A stretch of 64,000 nucleotides of DNA, from positions 46,296 through 110,295 of the forward strand of contig JAFKFM010000010.1 in NCBI GenBank assembly GCA_017308135.1, in the 5' to 3' direction. This DNA is from Alphaproteobacteria bacterium (GTDB lineage Bacteria > Pseudomonadota > Alphaproteobacteria > CACIAM-22H2). The notes beneath the pieces are model-generated. The model had not been told where the DNA came from. It saw only the letters and a program-made list of their open reading frames with translations, and did no database searches. The translations under genes were made by a program, and so were the position numbers. Positions 38,455-48,200 of this stretch are shown here, in pieces (the stretch's first letter is position 1; every line of letters starts with the position of its first letter).

Positions 38455-39404
38455 GCGGTGCACCTGTCCAGCGCGTCCAATTCGTCCTGCGTCAGCTTGA
38501 TGCGCGCGGCGGCGACGTTCGCCGCGACTTGCTCGACCTTGCTCGCACCCGCGATGACGCAGGCGACGACGGGCCGCGACAGCAGCCAACCGATCGCCAA
38601 TTCCAGCAAGCGCCGTCCACTTTGATGCGCGAGCGCGCGCAACGCTTCGATGCGGAATTCGCTGGCGGGGCGCATGAACTTGAACTTCATGCGCAGCGTT
38701 TGCGCGACGGCAAGACGCGTATCGGGCGGCGGCGGCATGCCGGCATCGAAGCGACCAGTCAACAAACCGCCGGCGAGCGGCATATAGGGCAGCAAGCCCA
38801 TATCGGCCGCGCGGATCGCGGGGATCAGATCGGCTTCGGCATCGCGCGCCAGAAGCGAATACTCGTCCTGGCAGGCGACGAAGCCGGGCAGATCCGCCGT
38901 GCGCGCGGCACCGGCCGCTTCGGCGATTTGCGCCGCGGGCAGATTGGAGCATCCCGCGAAACGTATCTTGCCTTGGCGGGTGAGATCGTCGAGCGCGCGC
39001 AAAGTCTCGTCGAGCGGCACGTCGGGATCGGGATGGTGGAGCTGATAGAGATCGATCCAGTCGGTGTTGAGACGTTTGAGACTCGCCTCGACCGCCGCCA
39101 TCACGTAGGCGCGCGAAGCGCCTTTCAGCTTTCCCGCATCGTCCATCTGCGAGCCGAACTTGGTCGCCAGGACGACATGTTTGCGCCTTGCGCCCAACGC
39201 GGTGCCGAGCACCTGTTCGGCCCGGCGCGCGCCGTAATTGTCGGCAACGTCGAACAAAGTGACGCCCAAATCGACGGCACCATGGACCAGCCGTTCGGCG
39301 TCGGCGCCGTCGACCCGGGTGCCGAAATTGCTGCAACCCAGGCCGACCGCCGATACCGAAGGTCCGCGACGCCCGATCGGGCGCATCGCGGAGCCGTCAG
39401 CCAT
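38451..39404 (-). CDS. Aldo/keto reductase
   Basis: 317 aa, AKR-type (LGCSNFG..., tandem catalytic D-Y-K-H context). Confidence 0.85.
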   Translation of the reverse strand: MADGSAMRPIGRRGPSVSAVGLGCSNFGTRVDGADAERLVHGAVDLGVTLFDVADNYGARRAEQVLGTALGARRKHVVLATKFGSQMDDAGKLKGASRAYVMAAVEASLKRLNTDWIDLYQLHHPDPDVPLDETLRALDDLTRQGKIRFAGCSNLPAAQIAEAAGAARTADLPGFVACQDEYSLLARDAEADLIPAIRAADMGLLPYMPLAGGLLTGRFDAGMPPPPDTRLAVAQTLRMKFKFMRPASEFRIEALRALAHQSGRRLLELAIGWLLSRPVVACVIAGASKVEQVAANVAAARIKLTQDELDALDRCTA

Positions 39405-40968
39405 TCTCGATGTCGCGCAAGATCGTGAACGGATAATAGGGCGGCACCGAGAAACGCACCGACTTTTTGGTCGCGTAGAGCGTGTCGTTCGACCAAAGCG
39501 GCAGCACGAAGGCTTCGTCGTGCTGGCGGCGCAGAATCGAATTCATGAAGTCGTCGCGCGCCTTCATGTCGGTGAAACCGTCGATCTTGGCCAGCATCGC
39601 GTCGTTTTCGTCGTCCTTGACCCATGACGGAATGGCGCCGCCCTTCGTGTTCACCTGCAGCTTGTAGGCGACGTCGCGCGACGGATCGGGCGAGGTGGCG
39701 AAGATCATGCCGACATTGGGATCCTTGGGATGGCGCGCGTTGAGGATCGCGTTCCACGCGCCGAATTCCAGGATCTGCAGATCGACCTGCACGCCGATGC
39801 GCTTGAGATATTCGGCGATCGCTTCGCAAGTCTCCTTGCTCGCGGCCACGCGGCCGGGGGCTTGTCCGACGAAGCGGAACGGTTTGCTGAAATCGAACTT
39901 CGCTTCCTCCAACAATTTCCGCGCGCGCGCGGGATCGTATTTGTAGGAAGTCACGCCGGCCATCGAGCAGGCGGGCTGCGCGTCGGTGCACCACAATTCC
40001 TGGCCGCCGGCATAGCCCATCATGATCGATTTCAGCATCGCTTCCTTGTCGATGGCATGGCTGATCGCCTGCCGAACGAGGCGCTTGGACGCTTCCGGGT
40101 GGTTGTAGTTGAACTTGATCACGACGTTGAGGAAGGCCGGTACGCGCGCGACGTTGATCGGCCCGTTGCCCATACGCGCGGCGATGACCGGCGAGACGGG
40201 CGTGGCGACGTCGGCCTCGCCGGCCATGACTTGGGCGAGGCGGCCTTGTTCCTCGGGCACGACGCGCACCACGATTTCCTGCGATTTGGGTTTGCGGCCC
40301 CAGTAATCGGCGAAAGCGCGGATGCGGAAGAACTCGCCCGGCTTGCGTTCGACGAACTGGAAGGGGCCGGTGCCGACCGGGTTGCGCGCGAAGGCCTCGT
40401 CGCCGACGGATTCGATGTACTTCTTCGGCTTCACGTGCCAGTAGAGGCCGAGCTTTTGCAGCGTCTGGGAATCGACGCGCTTCAGCTTCACGACGAAGCT
40501 GCGTTGGTCGATCGGTTCGATGCCGTCGAGATTTTCGCCCAGCAGCATCGCGCGTTGCGCGCGCGTCGCCGGATCCAGCGTGCGCTTCAGGCTGAAGACG
40601 ATATCGTCGGTCGTAACCGGGTCGCCGTTATGGAATTTGACGCCCGCGCGCAGCGTAAAGCGATAAGACAGGCCGTCCGCGCTCGGCTCGATCTTTTCGG
40701 CCAAACCCGGCTCCAGATCGCCCTTGTCGCCGGGAACCAGCAGGCCTTCGAACATGTTGCCGTAGGCCCAGTAGTCGTTCCAGCTCGCGTACTTGTCGGG
40801 GTCCATCGACACGATATCGGTGCCGATCGCGACCACCAGCGGTTTGCCGTCGGCGGCGTTGGCGTGGCGCAAATCCCAAAAATTCGGCGTCGCCGCGAGG
40901 ATCGGGGCTGCACCGGCGGCCTGCAGAAGGCGGCGGCGCGAAACGACGTTTTGAACGATCTTGGGCAT
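39397..40968 (-). CDS. ABC substrate-binding protein, family 5, Tat signal peptide
   Basis: SRRRLLQAAGAAPILAA twin-arginine signal, 523 aa. First gene of an 11-gene minus-strand operon. Confidence 0.85.
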   Translation of the reverse strand: MPKIVQNVVSRRRLLQAAGAAPILAATPNFWDLRHANAADGKPLVVAIGTDIVSMDPDKYASWNDYWAYGNMFEGLLVPGDKGDLEPGLAEKIEPSADGLSYRFTLRAGVKFHNGDPVTTDDIVFSLKRTLDPATRAQRAMLLGENLDGIEPIDQRSFVVKLKRVDSQTLQKLGLYWHVKPKKYIESVGDEAFARNPVGTGPFQFVERKPGEFFRIRAFADYWGRKPKSQEIVVRVVPEEQGRLAQVMAGEADVATPVSPVIAARMGNGPINVARVPAFLNVVIKFNYNHPEASKRLVRQAISHAIDKEAMLKSIMMGYAGGQELWCTDAQPACSMAGVTSYKYDPARARKLLEEAKFDFSKPFRFVGQAPGRVAASKETCEAIAEYLKRIGVQVDLQILEFGAWNAILNARHPKDPNVGMIFATSPDPSRDVAYKLQVNTKGGAIPSWVKDDENDAMLAKIDGFTDMKARDDFMNSILRRQHDEAFVLPLWSNDTLYATKKSVRFSVPPYYPFTILRDIENG

Positions 40969-41084
40969 CGGGTCCCTCCCATGTCGGGGCGATCGAGGGC
41001 AAAAATCGCCGTCGCCGCGCCCGTTTTTGCGGTTTTCCCGTTTCGGGTAGCGGAATTACATCATCCGATCCCACCGGAGTCAAC

Positions 41085-41132
41085 AAAATGATCGATTATT
41101 TTGTTTAAAACATAAAATGCTCGATTATTTTG
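41085..41132. promoter_or_regulatory. Two 19-bp direct repeats AAAATG(A/C)TCGATTATTTTG (41085..41103, 41114..41132) in divergent promoter region
   Basis: 18/19 identical, AT-rich, each containing the ATCGAT core. Located between the operon SBP gene and the divergent GntR regulator. Confidence 0.4.
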
Positions 41133-41184
41133 ATGCTGTCCGGCACGGCCCTGTACTAATGTATAGAAGGCGGAGAAGAGGCCT

Positions 41185-41916
41185 TTGATGCGCAACGAAC
41201 CTCAAACGAACGGGCCGAGCGCCGATCCGGAAGCCCGCGAAACGATGGCGTCGGTGATCGCCGACCGGTTGCGGCGTGAGATCATCGCCTGCGCCTTCGC
41301 GCCCGAAGAGCGGTTGCGCGTGCGCCAATTGGCGGAGCGTTTCGGCGTGGCGCTGAGCCCGGTGCGCGAGGCGCTGAACCGTCTGTCGAGCGAAGGTCTG
41401 GTGCGGCAAAGCGATCTGCGCGGCTTCTCGGTGATGCCGGTCAGCGAACAGGATCTGGACGAGTTGTCGCGCACGCGCTGCTGGCTGAACGAGCGCGCGC
41501 TGCGCGAGTCGATCGCGCATGGCGACGCCGCGTGGGAGGAAGGCGTGTTGATCGCCTATCACCGTTTGTCGCGCATCGATCGCGGCCCGTCGGAGCAAAT
41601 CAACGAGCCGTGGGAAGCCGCGCATCGGGCCTTCCATCGCAGCCTGATCGAAGCGTGCGGATCGCGCTGGATGATCGCGTTCTGCGAACAGCTCTTCGAT
41701 CAGGCCGATCGCTATCGCCGGATCGGGCGTGGCGCGCGCGACGCGCAGGAGCGCGTCCATCCCGACGAACACCGCGCGATCATGGAAGCGGCGGTGGCGC
41801 GCGACGCCGAACGTGCGGTGCGCTTGGGCAACGAGCACATCATGCGCACGACCGAATTGTGCCGCAGCGAATTGCCGCGGCTGGTGCCCGTCCGGCGCCG
41901 CCGCGCGGCGGGCTAG
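41185..41916 (+). CDS. GntR-family transcriptional regulator (FadR/FCD subfamily)
   Basis: N-terminal wHTH (RLRVRQLAERFGVALSPVREAL) plus a C-terminal FCD-like helical domain. Confidence 0.85.
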   Translation: MMRNEPQTNGPSADPEARETMASVIADRLRREIIACAFAPEERLRVRQLAERFGVALSPVREALNRLSSEGLVRQSDLRGFSVMPVSEQDLDELSRTRCWLNERALRESIAHGDAAWEEGVLIAYHRLSRIDRGPSEQINEPWEAAHRAFHRSLIEACGSRWMIAFCEQLFDQADRYRRIGRGARDAQERVHPDEHRAIMEAAVARDAERAVRLGNEHIMRTTELCRSELPRLVPVRRRRAAG

Positions 41917-42192
41917 TCGCGAAGTGACGGTGCCGGCCGTTGGATTTTTTCCGCCGCACCCGAAATCTCCCTTGGGGTTCAATCGGGATATGAGGTCCCG
42001 AGACGCCAAACTTTGGGAAAATTAACGTCATTTGACGGTTCTTCGTCAGCGGAACTGGCGTCGAGACGCTATTGAGAAGCTGAGGGAGTGAGACTCCCGC
42101 AGACCGATAACGTGCCTAGTCGCTCGTGCCTTGCGAATATGAGAGTGGTGTCCGGCTATTTATCGCCAGCTATAGAGAATCAGATGGTTTTG

Positions 42193-42367
42193 TTTTCCAC
42201 AAAAAGCCTCAAAATGCATCGATATTATGGAAAATATAATTGATATAAAAAGATTTTTCACGGTCTGGGGGACTGGGGGTCGTGGGTTCGAATCCCGCCG
42301 CTCCGACCATTACTCGAGAGAGACGAAGAAGCCCGCCCTGGGAAACCAGCGGCGGGCTTCGGCGTTT
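42193..42367 (+). repeat. Dispersed element copy 3: 5' box, spacer, tRNA-like module 42260..42309, terminator hairpin
   Basis: Module and hairpin identical to copies 2 and 4. The linker after ACCA differs (TTACTCGAGAGAGACG). Confidence 0.85.
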
Positions 42368-42406
42368 GAAGGGCTTGTATCGTGCCTTGAAGAGACGCAG
42401 AGCGCT

Positions 42407-43897
42407 TTAGTTCCGTTCTTGCGGCACTGCCGCTGCGGCCTTGTCGAGGGTCGCGTCGATGCCGCTGTCGTAAAGCGAAACGAGCCATCGTTGCGTCGCC
42501 GCGTTCAAGGCGGCATTGCGCCCAAGATCGCCGAACAGCGGCTCGATCGAAAGCAGCGGTCGCGGATCGGCGCCGCCCTCGATTGCTTTTTTGCGCAGCA
42601 GGGCAGCATGGGGATGCGTGACGGTCAGTGGGTTTCCGCGTCCGTCGATGCCGCGCACGCGGCGTAGCCATGCCGCAAGCGCCAGCGACAGGAAGGTGAT
42701 GTCGCCGCCGGACCGCAAGCGGTCGCGGATCGGGTCGAGCAAATAGTTGATCGGCGCGTCGGTGTTGACGCGTTGAACCGTGTCGCGGATCGCGGGATTG
42801 GCGAAACGCGCGATCAGCCGCGCCTTATATGTGCCGAGGTCGACGCCCGGAACCGCCGGCAAAGTTGGGCCGGTCTCGTGGTCCATGAGGGCGGTCATCA
42901 CGGCGCGGATGCGTGGATCGGCGAGCGATTCGTCGATCGTGATATAGCCCGCGAGCTGACCGAGCCCGGAGACTGCCAGATGACTGGCGTTCAGCAGGCG
43001 CAGTTTCATGAACTCGTAGGGTGTGACATCGACAACGAACTGCGCGCCAACATCATCCCAAGCGGGCCGACCTTGCGGGAAGCGATCCTCGATCACCCAC
43101 TGACTGAAATTCTCGGATACGACGGGCCAACGATCGGCGATGCCGTGGCGTGCGGCCAGCGCGTCGATATCCGCTTGCGACGTGACGGGCGTGATCCGAT
43201 CGACCATCGTCGACGGGAAGGCGACTTCGCGCTCGATCCAGGCGGCGAGCGCATTGTCCCGCAACGCCGCCAAGGCGAGGACGGCCGCGCGTAGGACTTC
43301 GCCGTTATGCTGGATATTGTCGCAGCTCAACAGCGTTGGCGGCGCCATACCGGTGATTTTGCGCCGGCGGAGCATTTCGACGATCGCGCCGATGGCGCTG
43401 CGCGGCGTCTCGGGCGCTTCGAGATCGGCGCGGATCAGCGGATGTCCGGGATCGAGACGCTTGGTCGCGGCGTTCAGGCAATAGCCATGCTCTGTGATCG
43501 TCAGACTGACGATACGGATCGCCGGATCGTCGAGCCGCGCCAGAAGCGGCCCACTCATTTCCGTCGCATCGATGAGGCCTGCGAGCGCGGCGATGATGCG
43601 CACGTGTTCGTCGCTGCCTTCGCGCTCGATCAGCGTATAGAGATTGTCCTGCGGTACCAGGCTGTCGCGCATGCGTCGATCGCCCGGCATCAGCAGGCAG
43701 CCGAGGATCCCCCAGTCGAGCGCCGCCGGGTCGCGTTCCATCAACTCGTGCGTGTAGCGCGCCATATGCGCGCGATGAAATCCGCCGAGCCCGAAATGCG
43801 CGATGCCGGCCACGACGCTGGCGGGCGCGAAGCGCGGGATTTCGATGGCGGCGCCGAGCGATGCCAGGGTGCCGCGATTCAGCGCGATCGGTTTCAT
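42407..43897 (-). CDS. Mannitol-dehydrogenase-family oxidoreductase (mannitol 2-DH / D-mannonate or fructuronate reductase-like)
   Basis: 496 aa, N-terminal Rossmann plus C-terminal mannitol_dh domain pattern (HFGLGGFHRAH...). Confidence 0.8.
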   Translation of the reverse strand: MKPIALNRGTLASLGAAIEIPRFAPASVVAGIAHFGLGGFHRAHMARYTHELMERDPAALDWGILGCLLMPGDRRMRDSLVPQDNLYTLIEREGSDEHVRIIAALAGLIDATEMSGPLLARLDDPAIRIVSLTITEHGYCLNAATKRLDPGHPLIRADLEAPETPRSAIGAIVEMLRRRKITGMAPPTLLSCDNIQHNGEVLRAAVLALAALRDNALAAWIEREVAFPSTMVDRITPVTSQADIDALAARHGIADRWPVVSENFSQWVIEDRFPQGRPAWDDVGAQFVVDVTPYEFMKLRLLNASHLAVSGLGQLAGYITIDESLADPRIRAVMTALMDHETGPTLPAVPGVDLGTYKARLIARFANPAIRDTVQRVNTDAPINYLLDPIRDRLRSGGDITFLSLALAAWLRRVRGIDGRGNPLTVTHPHAALLRKKAIEGGADPRPLLSIEPLFGDLGRNAALNAATQRWLVSLYDSGIDATLDKAAAAVPQERN

Positions 43898-44838
43898 GGT
43901 GTGAACGCCCTAAGTTCCGCCGATCTTGGCGGATCGGCGCCGAGACGCGAGCAGGTTATCGCGGATGCGGCTACGGCGAAGGCCAAAGCGTCGAACAAAA
44001 GTGCATCGTCGAGTGTCGCGACCGCGCGGCGCGACATCGCATCGAAGCGATCCAGACATGCGATCAACGCGGCGTGGAAACTATCGCCGGCGCCGACAGT
44101 ATCGACCAGTTCGACGTTGCGCCCGTCGACGATCATCGGGTCCCGGCCCGGGCGCCAAGCGACCGCACCCTTGGGGCCGTGGGTGACGACGCATAGAGTG
44201 ACGCCGGCCGCGAACCAAGCGGCCGTAAGATCTCGATGCGCGATGCCTGGGAAGGCGCAGTCGAGATCCTCGTCGCTGGCCTTGACGATTCCCGCACATG
44301 GCACGAACGCCGCAAATTGACGCCGCCATCGGTCGATATCGCGCGTTACCGTCTGCCGCAGATTGGGATCGATCGAGATCAAGCGCTGGCCCACCTCGCG
44401 CTGCGCGAGGGCAAGATGTGCTGCGGCGACGGGCTCGACCGCTAGGGTATAGGAGCCCATGACGATGGCGCGAGTATCGTTGTGCAGTGTGGCGGGAAGA
44501 TCGGCGATCCCGACGCTACGATCGGCTTTTCCTTCGCCGTGAAATGCGTAGGCGGGGCGGCCCGCCGCATCCGTGCCGACGACGCTGATCGTGGTCAGGC
44601 GATCGGTGGCGACGGCGTGACGTATGTCGACCTCCTCGGCAAGAAGCCGCGCGCGGATCGCCGCGCCGAATGAATCGGAAGACAGACCGCCAAAGAACGA
44701 CGTCGGCACGTCGAGCCGCGCAAGGCCGATCGCGACGTTGAAGGGCGAGCCGCCGAGTACCGGCTTTGCGCGCATTTCGCCTTCCGCGACATCGACGAAC
44801 AGATCGACGATTGCTTCGCCGCAGACGAGGACGCTCAT
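43894..44838 (-). CDS. PfkB-family carbohydrate kinase (fructokinase-like)
   Basis: Start MSVLVCGEAIVDLF, C-terminal DTVGAGDSF motif. Confidence 0.85.
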   Translation of the reverse strand: MSVLVCGEAIVDLFVDVAEGEMRAKPVLGGSPFNVAIGLARLDVPTSFFGGLSSDSFGAAIRARLLAEEVDIRHAVATDRLTTISVVGTDAAGRPAYAFHGEGKADRSVGIADLPATLHNDTRAIVMGSYTLAVEPVAAAHLALAQREVGQRLISIDPNLRQTVTRDIDRWRRQFAAFVPCAGIVKASDEDLDCAFPGIAHRDLTAAWFAAGVTLCVVTHGPKGAVAWRPGRDPMIVDGRNVELVDTVGAGDSFHAALIACLDRFDAMSRRAVATLDDALLFDALAFAVAASAITCSRLGADPPRSAELRAFTP

Positions 44839-45662
44839 CCTTTGACCGCACCCGCCGTCAAGCCGGCGACCAGGAAACGCTGCAAGGCCAAGACCACGAT
44901 CAGGATGGGCACGAGCTGGACGGTCGCGGCGGCGAACAAGATGCCGTAATTGGTGCCGGTGACCGAGTCCATCAGCTCGCTGAGAATGAGCGGGGTCGTC
45001 TTCGCGTTCTGGATCGTGAAGATGAACGCATAGACATATTCGTTCCAGGCGAAGACGAACACGAACACCGCGCAGGCGACCATCCCTTGCTTGGCAAGCG
45101 GTGCCACGACATAGCGCAAAATCTGACCTTCGCTGGCGCCGTCGACCGTGGCGGACTCGTCCAGTTCCTTGGGAATTTGATCGATGAATTCCTTCATGAT
45201 CAGCACGTTCAGCGGGACCCAAAATGTCGCGTAGAGCAGGATCAGGATCAAATGGCTGTCGGCGAGGCCGAGCTGATTGACCCAAGGGAATAGCGGGATC
45301 GTGATGACGAGGGGCGGTAGCAAGCGAACCGCGACGAGATAAAACGCCGACGCCGACAGGGCCGTGGAACGAAAGCGCGAATAGACATAACCCGCGCATG
45401 CGGCCGCAAAGACCGACAGCAAGGTCGCAAGAACCGCGATGAACAAGCTGTTGGCGACGAAGCCGAAGAAATCGGGGTACTTGCTCAGCAGATCGGCATA
45501 GTTGCGCAAAGTCGGCGTGAAGAACGCGCTGGGCGGGAAGGCGAAGATGTCGCGCTGGAACTTGAAGGAATTCAGCACGACATAGGCGACCGGAAAGATC
45601 GACCAAACGACGATTAGGCAAATCAGGATCGCCTTGCCGCCGATTTTGAGGAACTTAGTCAT
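44835..45662 (-). CDS. Sugar ABC transporter permease (CUT1, MalG-like)
   Basis: 275 aa, EAA-loop region (DGASEGQILRYVVAPLAKQG). Confidence 0.9.
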   Translation of the reverse strand: MTKFLKIGGKAILICLIVVWSIFPVAYVVLNSFKFQRDIFAFPPSAFFTPTLRNYADLLSKYPDFFGFVANSLFIAVLATLLSVFAAACAGYVYSRFRSTALSASAFYLVAVRLLPPLVITIPLFPWVNQLGLADSHLILILLYATFWVPLNVLIMKEFIDQIPKELDESATVDGASEGQILRYVVAPLAKQGMVACAVFVFVFAWNEYVYAFIFTIQNAKTTPLILSELMDSVTGTNYGILFAAATVQLVPILIVVLALQRFLVAGLTAGAVKG

Positions 45663-46521
45663 TGGCGAACGAAGCCCGGTACATGGTCCGCAGATAGAAC
45701 GACGCCAGCACCAGCGAGGCGATGACCATCAGCCAGCCGGTCGCCGCGGCGGCGCCGAAATCCGAAAATCGGAATCCGACGCGATAGAGGTAGGTGCCCA
45801 GCACTTCGGTCATCCGGACGGGACCACCTGCGGTCACGAGCCACACTTCGCTGAACATGCGGAAGGCAAAGACGTAGCGGAATAGGATCGCCAGCACCGC
45901 CGCCGGCATGATCAAGGGCAGGGTGACCTTCCAGAACGATTGCAAGGCGGTGGCGCCATCGATGCGCGCGGCTTCGTAAAGCTCGCGCGGCACCGAAATC
46001 ACCGCCGCGTAGAGGATGACGAAGGTGAACGGTAGATGGTGCCAGATGCTGATCGCGCAGATTAGCATCAAGGCGTCGGATACGTTGCGCGACCAGTTGA
46101 AACTGCCGCCGAAGGCGCGAAAGACGTTGGCGAGCAGGCCGATATTGGGATCGGCCAGGAAGCGCCAAGACAGCACGCCAACGACCTCGCTGATGCCGTA
46201 GGGCACGAGGATCACGGCGAAAAGGATCATCCGCCACCGGCCAAGGCTTGCGACCAGCAAGGCCATACCGAGTGCTAGGACGAGTTCGACATAGACGACG
46301 ATATTGACGATCAGAAACGTGTTCTTGGTCGCCGTCCAAAAATGGCGATCCGTCAGGACGTTCTCGTAATTCGCGAAGCCGACGAATTGGGGATCGAGGC
46401 CGTAATTGGAGGTCGTGAAGCTGAGCCACAGGACGTAGACCGCCGGGCTAGCGAGCATCAGCGTCGTCAGCGATTGCGCGGGAGTCAGCAGCAGAAAATG
46501 GAAGAAGGATAAGCGGCGCAT
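45655..46521 (-). CDS. Sugar ABC transporter permease (CUT1, MalF-like)
   Basis: 288 aa, ARIDGATALQSFWKVTLPL EAA motif. Confidence 0.9.
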   Translation of the reverse strand: MRRLSFFHFLLLTPAQSLTTLMLASPAVYVLWLSFTTSNYGLDPQFVGFANYENVLTDRHFWTATKNTFLIVNIVVYVELVLALGMALLVASLGRWRMILFAVILVPYGISEVVGVLSWRFLADPNIGLLANVFRAFGGSFNWSRNVSDALMLICAISIWHHLPFTFVILYAAVISVPRELYEAARIDGATALQSFWKVTLPLIMPAAVLAILFRYVFAFRMFSEVWLVTAGGPVRMTEVLGTYLYRVGFRFSDFGAAAATGWLMVIASLVLASFYLRTMYRASFAND

Positions 46522-46596
46522 GGCTCTGCCGATCGGTCGCGTCGTTCGACGCCGGGAAGGAGAGGGCCCGGCGGTGTTTCGCCGGACCCCGGTAGA

Positions 46597-47868
46597 TTAC
46601 TGCTTTTTGGGCAGCAACGGTTCGATACGGCGCTGAATATTGGCCGCCGCCTTTTCCGCCGTCTGCTGGCCGAGCAGGAACGAGTCGGCCTCTTCGCTCA
46701 AAATCGCTTGGGCGCGCGTGGTCTCGTCGAATCCCGGCAGCGCGAGGCTCGCCGACGCGACCGAGCGGGCCTGCTCGGCGGCGGAGGGAAGAACCGCTTG
46801 CACGCGCGGGTCCTGATAGGCCGCGGGCCGCGTGGCGCCGTTGCCGTTGAGGGTTTCGCGGATCGTCGCTTCGGGCGCCGAGAGCGTGCGGATGAGGTCC
46901 CACGCGCGGTCCTTCTGCTTCGAGTTCTTCGGGATCACGAGATACCAGACCTCGGTCTGGGTACGCAGAACGCCGTTCGCGCCCATCGGCACCGACGTCA
47001 CCTTGAAGGAGCCCGGATAGCGCGACAGCTTCGCGTCGTTCAGCCCGATTTCGCGGTTGAAGGGGCTCAAGCTCATCACCGCGCGGCCGTTCTGCATGTC
47101 GGAGATCAGCGAGTCCAGCGGCGTGCTGAGGTAATTGTCGATCAGACCGCCGTTATCGTAGAGGTCCTTGAGCGTCTTCAGCGCCGTGATGAATTCGGGC
47201 GTGTTGGCGTTGAGCTTGTAGTCGAGATCGAGCAATTGTTTGCCGCTCGCCAGCATCAAGCTCAGCAGGAATTCCGGGGAATCGCCGACCTGCGACAAGC
47301 CATAGACCTTCTGGCCGTTCTTGTCGGTGCGATGAAGCTTCTTCGCCATATCGACGAGTTCGGCATAGGTCTTTGGCGGACCGTTGAAGCCCGCTTCTTT
47401 GAGCAGCGTCTCGTTGTAGACCAGCGCCGTCGTGCTGTGGCGGAAGGGAATGCCGTAGAGCTTGCCGTTATAGGTCATGCCTTCCAGCATACCCTTGCTC
47501 AGCCCGGCGAAGTCCTGGATCGGCTTGGCGGCTTGGAAGGCGTCGAGCGGCTCAAGCTGCTCGAAGACCTTGGGCGAAGCGTAGCGGTTGAGGAAGAAGG
47601 CCGCGTCGATATTGCCCGATGGCAGCGTCATTTCGCGGCGGATGCGATCATGCAGCGGCGTCACGTCGGCCGTGATCCAGTTGATGGTGCCGTTGGCGGC
47701 CTGCCATTCGGCGGTGATGTCGCCGCCGGTCGTGCCGGGCGTGGCGCCGGTCGATACGATCTGATGGACCCTGTGCCCCAGCACGTTGATCGGCGTGTTC
47801 TGTGCGATGCCGGGCGCCGAGACGGCGATTACGGCTGCGGCCGTGACGGCAGCGATGACGAATTTCAT
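46597..47868 (-). CDS. Sugar ABC substrate-binding protein, family 1
   Basis: Start MKFVIAAVTAAAVIAVSAPGIAQ (signal peptide), GGAGGAAGAGGA RBS upstream. Confidence 0.85.
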   Translation of the reverse strand: MKFVIAAVTAAAVIAVSAPGIAQNTPINVLGHRVHQIVSTGATPGTTGGDITAEWQAANGTINWITADVTPLHDRIRREMTLPSGNIDAAFFLNRYASPKVFEQLEPLDAFQAAKPIQDFAGLSKGMLEGMTYNGKLYGIPFRHSTTALVYNETLLKEAGFNGPPKTYAELVDMAKKLHRTDKNGQKVYGLSQVGDSPEFLLSLMLASGKQLLDLDYKLNANTPEFITALKTLKDLYDNGGLIDNYLSTPLDSLISDMQNGRAVMSLSPFNREIGLNDAKLSRYPGSFKVTSVPMGANGVLRTQTEVWYLVIPKNSKQKDRAWDLIRTLSAPEATIRETLNGNGATRPAAYQDPRVQAVLPSAAEQARSVASASLALPGFDETTRAQAILSEEADSFLLGQQTAEKAAANIQRRIEPLLPKKQ

Positions 47869-48101
47869 TCCTCTTCCTCCCTTGGATTTTGCCTTTGGTG
47901 ATCGGTTCGTGTCCGGGCCTACAGTCGAACCGGTTCGCGTCCCGCCGGATAGACATTGAACAATATCGCTAATGTATTTCTGCATGACCTGTTTTGGGCG
48001 TCAACATGCATTTATTTATTTATTGATTTTATTTACTTTATTGAAATTATTTTACCGTTGTTAGGCTGATAGCGGATGCAAAATAAGCCGATTTATAGAT
48101 A

Positions 48102-48116
48102 ACGATAATGTATCGT
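48102..48116. promoter_or_regulatory. LacI-type operator candidate ACGATAATGTATCGT (6-bp inverted arms)
   Basis: The same site in inverse orientation recurs at 49419..49433. Sits in the divergent SBP / lacI promoter region. Confidence 0.4.
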
Positions 48117-48200
48117 CGGAATGCGGTTGCGCGTTGTGTTGGTCGGGCGTGTGGCCGCCGTTAGATTCGGAATTGCGCTACCAGTCGAGGAGTCGGGAAG

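Noticed and set aside
42084-42098. GGGAGT-gag-ACTCCC hairpin after the GntR gene as its terminator
   Set aside because: The stem is only 6 bp with no following T-run. Termination is more plausibly provided by the strong hairpin of element copy 3 ~250 bp downstream.
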